Notes under the pieces: model-generated | What the model saw: only the letters and a program-made list of their open reading frames with translations | What the model was told of the DNA's origin: nothing | The model's database searches: none | Shown: positions 10,002 to 17,390 of the stretch, piece by piece | Layout of the letters: each line of letters starts with the position of its first letter | Numbering within the stretch: the stretch's first letter is position 1 | Made by a program: the position numbers and the translations under genes | IMG/VR virus record: IMGVR_UViG_3300031996_000005 | Coordinates: 552-64,551 of that record | Strand: one strand, 5' to 3' | DNA: 64,000 nt | DNA from: a virus | Taxonomy: Duplodnaviria; Caudoviricetes

Positions 10002-10219
10002 ACTACGAATGCGCCAAGTGTGGAGCTGATGTGGGAAACGGCTCAGTCCAGAGTGCAGTTATCGTGAGTGACCTTGATCCAGATACCCCCGGAATGGTCC
10101 GCAACCTGTACTTTTGTCGGGACCACGAGGATAAGGATGGACACAAGATCAAGGGCTGTGCCAACAAGGTGCTGTCTGCCGCGAACCTGAAGCATCACAA
10201 GGAGGAAAAAACGAGATGA
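9998..10219 (+). CDS. hypothetical Cys-containing protein
   Basis: GTGA overlap; CAKC...C...C. Confidence 0.55.
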   Translation: MNYECAKCGADVGNGSVQSAVIVSDLDPDTPGMVRNLYFCRDHEDKDGHKIKGCANKVLSAANLKHHKEEKTR

Positions 10220-10425
10220 CGCAGCCGGAGCCCCGTGAGGCCGCGCAGGACGATCCGATCGGATGCAGCTACGAGGACTTGATCCTTGAACTCACCAATC
10301 AGATCAGCTCTGAAACACAGCAGAGCGCCATTCAGCGAGTGATCATCCGCAAGCAAAAGAAGTTGATTGAAGATCTCCAGGCGGAGTTGACAGCCCCACG
10401 AAAGGAAAGCGATGGACCCTCTTAA
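10216..10425 (+). CDS. hypothetical coiled-coil protein
   Basis: ATGA overlap, GGAGG RBS, 69 aa. Confidence 0.55.
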   Translation: MTQPEPREAAQDDPIGCSYEDLILELTNQISSETQQSAIQRVIIRKQKKLIEDLQAELTAPRKESDGPS

Positions 10426-10984
10426 GCGAGTCATCTCCAGGTCCCCGCTGGGGTTCCTCTGGCGGTGTCTTGACCGAGCGGGACCGCATTACCTCGCGCT
10501 GATCCTCTCGGGTGTACTGGGATACTTATGGCCCCCACCCTCTATGCAGGATTCGACAAACACGCCAATTGCCTTCTATGCCTGGCTCGGGGGCTTATCG
10601 TTAGGAGGACTGTTGTGCGCGGTAGGACGTTGGAGCGACAAACCCTCGTTAGGGGTCGTTGGTCTTTCATTGATCTTGGTCGATCTAATGACCTACGTCG
10701 TTTCCCTGACCAGCCGCTGGCCCGAGTCGGCTGCCGGAATTTGCTTCATGATCTCCATCATTTCCCTGTTCGGGTACCGGCTATGCCACAAGGTAAAAAC
10801 TCGTGATGCTAGAGCTGCTATCCGGCGTGGAAACCCCACCCGATCCGATCTGGCTACGTACGCTTTCGACCGTCTTGCCGGTAGCCGGAGCAATCGCGGT
10901 GGCTGCGTTGACGGGTCAGAAGGTGGTGGAGCGCTTCCGGGAGAAGAAGGAGAGGGACACTCCCCCACCCGCCGACCCGGCTGA
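10412..10984 (+). CDS. membrane protein (about 4 TM segments)
   Basis: hydrophobic stretches in first 125 aa; 3' part overlaps next gene by 182 nt. Confidence 0.5.
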   Translation: MDPLKRVISRSPLGFLWRCLDRAGPHYLALILSGVLGYLWPPPSMQDSTNTPIAFYAWLGGLSLGGLLCAVGRWSDKPSLGVVGLSLILVDLMTYVVSLTSRWPESAAGICFMISIISLFGYRLCHKVKTRDARAAIRRGNPTRSDLATYAFDRLAGSRSNRGGCVDGSEGGGALPGEEGEGHSPTRRPG

Positions 10985-11309
10985 GTCCGTGGCGGTCGTC
11001 GCGGTCGAGAGATCATCGACGGACCCGATCCTGCGGCTGTTCATCGAAGACCTGCACAACCGGCTGAGCGAGGCCCACACGGAGGCGGCTCAGCTGCATC
11101 AGTTCCGGGCGGTCGACGCCGGCACCATCGCGCGGCTGAGTGCAGAGCTCACCGACAAGGAAGAGCGTCTGTCGGAGGTCGAGCAGGAGCTGGAGAGAAA
11201 GACCACACAGAACCGCGTGCTGCGCGGTCGGTTGGAGCAACTGAACCACGAGCTGGAGTCGACCCGGCATCAGCTTGCCCTCTGCCTGGAAGGTAGCGAC
11301 CCCCGATGA
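10803..11309 (+). CDS. N-terminal TM plus coiled-coil protein (lysis-associated candidate)
   Basis: TVLPVAGAIAVAALTG hydrophobic segment, heptad-rich C-terminus, precedes holin. Confidence 0.65.
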   Translation: MMLELLSGVETPPDPIWLRTLSTVLPVAGAIAVAALTGQKVVERFREKKERDTPPPADPAESVAVVAVERSSTDPILRLFIEDLHNRLSEAHTEAAQLHQFRAVDAGTIARLSAELTDKEERLSEVEQELERKTTQNRVLRGRLEQLNHELESTRHQLALCLEGSDPR

Positions 11310-11605
11310 TCCTCGACGCCCAGACCCTTGGCCTTCTGATCGGCACAGTCCTGCCCCTGCTGGTCGGTCTGGTGACCACCCGGGTAACCAGTCCCGCCAT
11401 CAAGGCGACCGCACTGGCGGGGCTCTCAGCGCTCACCGGCTTCCTGACGGAGCTGACCACGCCGTCGTTCGAGCTGAAGTCGGCGATCCTGACGTGGCTG
11501 GGGGCCTTCCTCGTGGCCGTGGGCATGCACTACGGCCTGTGGAAGCCAGTTGGGGCCACTGCCACGGTTCAGGACATCGGCTCGGGTCGCCACCACGCTG
11601 TTTGA
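11306..11605 (+). CDS. holin
   Basis: 99 aa, 3 hydrophobic helices, GTVLPLLVGLVT and HYGLWKP motifs typical of actinophage holins. Confidence 0.75.
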   Translation: MILDAQTLGLLIGTVLPLLVGLVTTRVTSPAIKATALAGLSALTGFLTELTTPSFELKSAILTWLGAFLVAVGMHYGLWKPVGATATVQDIGSGRHHAV

Positions 11606-11899
11606 TCTTTCATTTTTTCTCCCCCCGACGGTGTCTCGTGTTTGGGGGTGAGGTGTAGGGTACGCAGGACGCAAGGCCCCCCAGGGCCTATGCGCTCCAT
11701 GCGTTACCACGTTCGCAGGGGCTCACTATCCCCTCCCCTCCCCCACACACACAGACGCACACCAGAGGGCCGCCCCCGTGCCTGTCTTCGGACCGGACCA
11801 CGGGGGTGTTTTATGGGGAGGGCTCTTAACACAGATACGGTCCCTAGCCCAGGTACCGGGGCCCCCGACCAGTATTTTTCTCCCCGGCCCGGGGTCGGG

Positions 11900-11937
11900 T
11901 TGACAGGCCCCGGGCACGCTGAGTTAGGTTCCTTCAC
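11900..11937 (+). promoter_or_regulatory. sigmaA-like promoter TTGACA-N19-TAGGTT followed by CCTTCAC
   Basis: same TAGGTTCCTTCAC as at 30836-30848; spacer is long. Confidence 0.55.
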
Positions 11938-11971
11938 ACACCCCAGAGCGCACCGAGGAGGTAACGCTTAA

Positions 11972-12556
11972 ATGGCTCGCCAGCCCGACACGTTCAGCCC
12001 CAGCACCCCGGGAGCAGCTGCTCCCCGTGTGGTCGACGTCCTGGCGGACGCGACGATCGAGGTGGAGGACTTCTGTGCCGGCGGTACCAAGATTTTTTTG
12101 TCCCCGGAGCGGCCTGAGGCCGCACTCCCTCATGAGGTAGAGGGGGATACGTCCCCGGCTGATACAGTCGGCGCGGAAAAAGTTTCGGGCCCCGTCCCGC
12201 CGAAGATCTACTCTCGACGAGAGCTGGTGCCGTTCGACAGCAGGTGGCTGGCTGAGCACGTCACCACGGTGACGGGAACCAAGCTCACCGCTCGCGAGGC
12301 GAGGATCGTCCTGCGCAGGCTGGCCCAGCGCGGCGAGATCTCGCGCGACGTCGGCACCGACAGCTCGCGCTACGCGTTCACCGGTCCGGACGACCCCCGG
12401 GTTGCGGTGGTCATCGAAGAGATCCGGTCCGAAGCAGCCAGGAAGATCAACCGGGACAAGATCGTGCGAACCCGGGCAGCCGCGGTGAAGACAGCTGTGG
12501 AGACCACTCTCCCGCACCCCGCAGACGATGACCTCATCGAGGATCTCGTCATCTGA
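11972..12556 (+). CDS. hypothetical protein
   Basis: GAGGAGGT RBS, 194 aa. Confidence 0.7.
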   Translation: MARQPDTFSPSTPGAAAPRVVDVLADATIEVEDFCAGGTKIFLSPERPEAALPHEVEGDTSPADTVGAEKVSGPVPPKIYSRRELVPFDSRWLAEHVTTVTGTKLTAREARIVLRRLAQRGEISRDVGTDSSRYAFTGPDDPRVAVVIEEIRSEAARKINRDKIVRTRAAAVKTAVETTLPHPADDDLIEDLVI

Positions 12557-12647
12557 GTTAGCTCCACCCCCATCACACCGCACGGGCCTGAGGAACTCGT
12601 GCGCCCTTTTCCTGCCCCAGTCACCACAACGAAAGCAGAGACTTCTC

Positions 12648-13088
12648 GTGGCCGAGACGCTCGATTGCAAAAAGGTTGCTTCCACGCTGAACACCGAGCC
12701 GCGTAAATTGCGGCGGTTCCTGCGGGAGGACAGCACGTACATGAACGTTGGCCAGGGCGGCCGGTACAAGTTCACCTACGCCGACCTGGAGATGCTCCGG
12801 GAGCGCTTCACACTTTGGCAGGAAGGTGTGAACACCCGGCGCGCCAAGCGCAACACCACTGGTCTTATGAACAACTCGGCGGTCAAGGTGGCGGCAGAGG
12901 AGGAGGCTGAGCCGGCCGTCATCGAGATCCCGAAGTGCACTCCCGCGCTGCGCAAGCTGGAGGCCGAGCAGATTGCTCGGCTGGAGCGTCGACTGCGGGA
13001 GTGCGGGCTCCATGTCACGCAGATGAAGGATCGCCGCCCCTGGAGCCCCACCTGGACCCCCGTTCGTGTGGGGGAGATGGCCTCGTGA
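12648..13088 (+). CDS. putative HTH DNA-binding protein
   Basis: KKVASTLNTEPRKLRRFLR...GGRYKF; start placed at GTG 12648. Confidence 0.55.
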   Translation: MAETLDCKKVASTLNTEPRKLRRFLREDSTYMNVGQGGRYKFTYADLEMLRERFTLWQEGVNTRRAKRNTTGLMNNSAVKVAAEEEAEPAVIEIPKCTPALRKLEAEQIARLERRLRECGLHVTQMKDRRPWSPTWTPVRVGEMAS

Positions 13089-13453
13089 GTCGGCCTGAGA
13101 GCCTCGGAGAGCTCCTCGAGCGGCGGGGGGGTGAGTTGCTGCAGGCTGCCCGTCGTCTTAGTAGGGTCGCGCCCATGACGACGACACACGTGCACGAGCT
13201 GATCGGGAACCTCCTCGATGATCAGATCCGCTGGCTCCCCAACCCTTGTCCCCAGGAGGTGAAGGCGGCAGCCAAGGGACGGGTTCACTACGTTCTAGAC
13301 AACGGCTTCGTCCCTCACCTGGAGTACTCAGACGGCGAGCTCCTGGTGTGGGAGCTGGTGGACTTCCTCGGATTTAGCCGCACTCAACCCTGGGATGCAC
13401 AAGCCCAGATCTCTGAGCTGATCGACCAGTACGACCTGTCCACCCCGCGCTGA
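13085..13453 (+). CDS. hypothetical protein
   Basis: GTGA overlap with upstream stop, GGAGA RBS. Confidence 0.6.
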   Translation: MSRPESLGELLERRGGELLQAARRLSRVAPMTTTHVHELIGNLLDDQIRWLPNPCPQEVKAAAKGRVHYVLDNGFVPHLEYSDGELLVWELVDFLGFSRTQPWDAQAQISELIDQYDLSTPR

Positions 13454-13468
13454 CCTGGCCTTACCTCC

Positions 13469-13504
13469 GGCCCCCCACCGTTTTAAGACTGACGGTGGGG
13501 GGCC
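13469..13504 (+). terminator. 13-bp perfect inverted repeat, terminator-like
   Basis: GGCCCCCCACCGT / ACGGTGGGGGGCC with 10-nt loop, just after a stop codon. Confidence 0.6.
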
Positions 13505-13540
13505 GCTTGGCATCTATGCACAAGAGTGTGTGTAGAGGAC

Positions 13541-13570
13541 TTGTCGGGTTTCCACCCAGCGGGATACTGT
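13541..13570 (+). promoter_or_regulatory. promoter TTGTCG-N18-TACTGT
   Basis: intergenic, upstream of GAGGAG RBS and ATG 13609. Confidence 0.5.
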
Positions 13571-13608
13571 GTGCGTCATCACCGCTCCGAGGCCGAGGAG
13601 ACCTCCCC

Positions 13609-14058
13609 ATGATTGACCACTCGAAGTGCACACACGCTCGAACCAAGGCCGCACGCACTGCCTGCCGCAAGGCTCGCGAAGAGCTGGACGCGTCAGTCGC
13701 GCGACACCCCGCGTCTAGCTCTCCGGCGCAGCAGCCCACGCGAGCAAAGAAGACGGTCCCCCAGTCCAAGCGCCGTCTTCCCTCGATGATCTCTCCGCTA
13801 CTTCTTCCGGTCATCGAGGCGGCCAGGCAAAAGGGGCTCCAGATCTTGGTGGCCTCAGACCCCGAGCACGGGGTGCATCAGGCCTTCATGATCGGCAACC
13901 CCCTGAAGCCAAGCTGCGAGCTGCTTGCCGGCATCTTCAAGGCTTCACTTCGGGGGGATGGAATTCGAGCTGAGTACTACCACGTCGAGAGCGGGGAACT
14001 GCGGCAACTGAGCCGCCGTCGGGCACTGCTCGACGTGAACGATCTAGCGAGGACCTGA
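13609..14058 (+). CDS. hypothetical protein
   Basis: GAGGAG RBS; N-terminal DHSKCTH...AC motif. Confidence 0.65.
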   Translation: MIDHSKCTHARTKAARTACRKAREELDASVARHPASSSPAQQPTRAKKTVPQSKRRLPSMISPLLLPVIEAARQKGLQILVASDPEHGVHQAFMIGNPLKPSCELLAGIFKASLRGDGIRAEYYHVESGELRQLSRRRALLDVNDLART

Positions 14059-14073
14059 CCCCCCACCCCAGAC

Positions 14074-14118
14074 GCTCCCCCGATGGCCTACCCCCGCCCC
14101 CCGGGCCATCGGGGGAGC
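14074..14118. terminator. 15-bp perfect inverted repeat at convergence of transcription units
   Basis: GCTCCCCCGATGGCC / GGCCATCGGGGGAGC. Confidence 0.65.
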
Positions 14119-14153
14119 TTCATGTCTTGCCCTGGTGTTCACAGCACATGACG

Positions 14154-14191
14154 AAACCCCCCTACCCGGGCTCACCTCCGTAGGGGGGTTT
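14154..14191. terminator. 12-bp perfect inverted repeat, bidirectional terminator candidate
   Basis: AAACCCCCCTAC / GTAGGGGGGTTT. Confidence 0.65.
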
Positions 14192-14280
14192 CTACATCGC
14201 TCACTCTTCCCGAGAACTTCGGGAATCCATCCAAAGGAAAAATGGGCTCCCCAGCCTTGAGCGATGCAGGTCAATTGTAC

Positions 14281-14580
14281 CTATTCAGCCGGGGGTGATT
14301 TCTCCCCATCGAGTACCTCCAGGGCCTGGGCTACCGAATACGCGACCACGACCCGGGCGCCAGCCCTGCGCATCTGATCGCCGACATAGTCCTGCCGTGT
14401 GGACGTCGTGTTGCCCGGCATCTTCGTCTCGACCGCGATGAACTGTCCGCGGTAACAACCGATGATGTCGGGCAGGCCGGCCATCATGTGCTCGGAACCC
14501 CACACCTTGAAGACGAAGGCCCCACGCTCTCGCAGGGCGGTCATGATCTTTCGGGACAATCGGGCCTCAGGCTGCGCCAT
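14281..14580 (-). CDS. VRR-NUC domain nuclease (Holliday junction resolvase-like)
   Basis: MAQPE...GLPDIIGCYRGQFIAVETK PD-(D/E)XK motif; start ATG 14580. Confidence 0.85.
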   Translation of the reverse strand: MAQPEARLSRKIMTALRERGAFVFKVWGSEHMMAGLPDIIGCYRGQFIAVETKMPGNTTSTRQDYVGDQMRRAGARVVVAYSVAQALEVLDGEKSPPAE

Positions 14581-14752
14581 CTTCGGCCTCCAGCTCCAGC
14601 ATTTCCCAGCCGCACATTCCGTGGGCACAGTCGTCGTCGTCGCAGGTGAACAGATGCCAGGCAGGCGCCAGACCGAGGACTGTAGAGAGTCGCTCAAGGC
14701 CTGGAAAGCGATGGGGTAGATCAGTTAGATGCATTATTCCTGCTCTTTCCAC
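14567..14752 (-). CDS. small hypothetical protein
   Basis: fills operon gap and overlaps VRR-NUC start. Confidence 0.3.
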   Translation of the reverse strand: MERAGIMHLTDLPHRFPGLERLSTVLGLAPAWHLFTCDDDDCAHGMCGWEMLELEAEDGAA

Positions 14753-14854
14753 GCGGAAGCCCCCCGCACGAACCTTGGTGGCCGAGACGCAAGGTTGGCG
14801 GGGGGCTCCACGTTCAAGGGTAGGCCTCCTCCTGGGGGAAGGAGCCTCTACAGA

Positions 14855-15472
14855 TCAGAGATCTTCGAGGCCAAGCTCATCGAGCTCGTCCTCCTCGACC
14901 CCGTCGGGCTCAGCCTGGGGGGTCGGCTTGGCGGCGGCCCTCCGCTTGGCGGCCGGCTTGGCCGCGGGCTCCGGCTCTGCCTCAACCTCAGGCTCAGCCT
15001 CAGGCTCGTCCTCAGGCTCGTCTTCAACCTCAGGCTCGTCCTCATCCTGGGCGGGCACGCTCTCGTCGTCCAGGTCCGACGACGGGAACACCGCGGTGAT
15101 GACGGACTTCATCTTGCCTTCGTACTCGTCGTCATCGAGGGTGACCCCGATTTCCTTGCCCACGAGACGGGTCGGATCCACGTTGAGCTTCTTCTTCGGG
15201 ACGTCGATGCCGCAGGCGATCAGCAGGTTGCGGACCTTCCACAGGCTGTCCGGGTTCAGCGTGCAGTAGTACGGGTAGGCGGCCGACAGCATGTCAGTGG
15301 GCACCAGGGTGAACACCCACTGGTTGTTGCCGGCGTTCGACTTGTTCGCGATCACCTTGGCGATCTTCACCCGATAGTCCCCGGCGGGGCGGTGCTTCGG
15401 GTTGATCCCCGAGTTTTCCTTGACGTTGGTGAAGTCAAGAACGGCCTTCAGGGGAGTGGCGGTGTCAGCCAT
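14855..15472 (-). CDS. ssDNA-binding protein-like (DUF669-like) with acidic tail
   Basis: PAGDYRVKI...LVGKEIGVTL core, very acidic C-terminus. Confidence 0.7.
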   Translation of the reverse strand: MADTATPLKAVLDFTNVKENSGINPKHRPAGDYRVKIAKVIANKSNAGNNQWVFTLVPTDMLSAAYPYYCTLNPDSLWKVRNLLIACGIDVPKKKLNVDPTRLVGKEIGVTLDDDEYEGKMKSVITAVFPSSDLDDESVPAQDEDEPEVEDEPEDEPEAEPEVEAEPEPAAKPAAKRRAAAKPTPQAEPDGVEEDELDELGLEDL

Positions 15473-16272
15473 CAGTTTGTTGCCTTTCCAGTCTTGAGCA
15501 GCGTCGTCAGCTTCTCAACGGTGGGGTTTTTCAGGTAAGGGGGGAGCGTATGAGCGGAGCGATATCCGGTGTCATACGAAACGTGCGGCTCGAGCCAGAT
15601 CCTACGTTGGATGACTTCTTTCTCATTGATCGAGCCATCGCTGGCCCGGACCTTCACGGTAGTTTTGACGGTGTAGAGCCGACCGATGACGTCCACGATC
15701 GAGTTGACCGCGGAACGCACGCCCTTCGGGAGATCCGGAACGTACATGATTGCCGCGTCCTCGGAGTCTTCATCCTCATCCCCGGACGGAATAGCATCCA
15801 TCATGCGTTCCTGCACGGTGAAGATGACGCCCAGCGGCAGATTGTGGAAGTTGTAGAGCATGGCCTTGACGGCCTCGCCCGACTTTCCGTAGTCCTGCTT
15901 GCCGACCTGACCCGGGCGTCGATCGAGGTCACGCTGCTCAGCCTGATACATGACCCATCGCAGGCTCATGTTGGCGATGCGGGTTAGACCGTCGATGCAG
16001 ACCCACTCATAGTCATGCTTGCCCTCGCGGAGGAACTTGTAGACGTCGTCCAGGTCCTCCCACGAGTTGACCGGCCACACGTCGGGGTTGAGCTTGCTCT
16101 CCTCGTTCGTACCCTCTTCAGGGTCGATGATGAGGACCTTCGGTGCGGTGGCCCCAAAGCGGGTCTTGCCCTTTTTATTGCGAGCGTAGACGAGAATGCG
16201 CGGCTTGCGTTCAGCCTTCTGGGTCGGCGTGGTGATCCGAGCCTTTGCAATCGCGTTGTAGTCCTTTGCCAT
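15472..16272 (-). CDS. AAA ATPase / RecA-like (Sak4-type) recombinase
   Basis: degenerate Walker A YARNKKGKT, CIDGLT Walker B. Confidence 0.8.
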   Translation of the reverse strand: MAKDYNAIAKARITTPTQKAERKPRILVYARNKKGKTRFGATAPKVLIIDPEEGTNEESKLNPDVWPVNSWEDLDDVYKFLREGKHDYEWVCIDGLTRIANMSLRWVMYQAEQRDLDRRPGQVGKQDYGKSGEAVKAMLYNFHNLPLGVIFTVQERMMDAIPSGDEDEDSEDAAIMYVPDLPKGVRSAVNSIVDVIGRLYTVKTTVKVRASDGSINEKEVIQRRIWLEPHVSYDTGYRSAHTLPPYLKNPTVEKLTTLLKTGKATN

Positions 16273-16304
16273 GTCACCTCATCTCTGTTGCTTGTGTTGT
16301 GTGG

Positions 16305-17390
16305 TTATGCACTATCGGCTCCCTTGTCGTCCTTTCCCTTGTCATCCTGGTAGTAGTCCATGGGGTCACCGATGCGGTACAGCTGACGCCGCAGGAATGG
16401 CGCATCGCCCTGGTAGAGCTCTGCCTGACACAGCTCGGTAAAGGAGCACATGAATGTGCAAGAGCGATCAGGTACACGCTCGACCCGGTCCATCTCTTCC
16501 CAGTCATACGCGGTCATACGCTCGTACGTGTGGGCCGCCTCGGCCGCCACTCGGTCAAGCATATCGTCATTTTTCTCCATCACGGATCGATGGAAAAAAT
16601 GACTGGTCTGGACCTTGTCCGGCTCCCAGCGATCCGCCTTGAGAACCTTGAGCCAGTCTCGGTATGGGGCGGGGTCCAATTCATGCCTGCGAATGGTGCG
16701 AACAAGCGTCGGATAATCCGTGTCGCACTTCGCCTTGGACAGGCGCTTCCCATCCTTGAGCAGGGCCGGCACAGAGGGGGCCTTGGTGCGCAGGTAGTTC
16801 CAGATGAACCCCTGGGCCTCGATGCCCTCCTGTCGTGCGATCCACAGGTACAGGGCTGACTGGGTGTCGAGCAACCGGAAGCTGAAGTCGGGGAACGTTT
16901 TCATGTTCTTGTGGTCGACTAGCCACAGACCAAAGCGGTCGTGTACTGCCATGTCGATCTTGCCTCGGAGAATGGCATTACCGACGAGTGGCGTCTCAAG
17001 AGTGAATTCGGTTCCTCCTACATCCCAGCCGTGGTGTGGGTCGTCCTTGTTCGCCCCGTAATGCCAGAGATAGGACAGCATCAATTGCTTACAGTCGGTG
17101 GGCAGGTCCCCGAGGGACTCTTGCTCCTCATCAAAGAGCTCGCGGAACTGCTTGGTCAGCTCTTCATGTTTTGCCTTCCAATCGCGACCCGCGTAATACT
17201 CCTCAAGCAGGTAGTGCATCCACGTTCCCATTTTTAAGGGACGAGACCTTTCCACCTTCGACTTGAGCCGCTGAACGTACTTATAGTAGAACTGCCGCGG
17301 GCATCGACGGAACGTCTTAAGCATGGAGTTAGTGACAATCTCTTGCCCCGTCTCCGGATCGATATAGGGAAAGTTCAGCTGAGAGGTCAC
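16305..17390 (-). CDS. Cas4-like PD-(D/E)XK exonuclease
   Basis: SMLKTFRRCPR, GKID...VDHK, C-terminal C..MC.F..LC (Fe-S ligands). Confidence 0.85.
   Translation of the reverse strand: MTSQLNFPYIDPETGQEIVTNSMLKTFRRCPRQFYYKYVQRLKSKVERSRPLKMGTWMHYLLEEYYAGRDWKAKHEELTKQFRELFDEEQESLGDLPTDCKQLMLSYLWHYGANKDDPHHGWDVGGTEFTLETPLVGNAILRGKIDMAVHDRFGLWLVDHKNMKTFPDFSFRLLDTQSALYLWIARQEGIEAQGFIWNYLRTKAPSVPALLKDGKRLSKAKCDTDYPTLVRTIRRHELDPAPYRDWLKVLKADRWEPDKVQTSHFFHRSVMEKNDDMLDRVAAEAAHTYERMTAYDWEEMDRVERVPDRSCTFMCSFTELCQAELYQGDAPFLRRQLYRIGDPMDYYQDDKGKDDKGADSA

Noticed and set aside
11613-11650. T-tract plus hairpin as an intrinsic terminator after the holin
   Set aside because: The T-tract precedes the stem on the plus strand and reads as an A-tract after it on the minus strand.
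16305-17390. Cas4-like nuclease as a sign of CRISPR
   Set aside because: No repeat-spacer array or other cas genes; stand-alone Cas4-like exonucleases are common in phage recombination modules.
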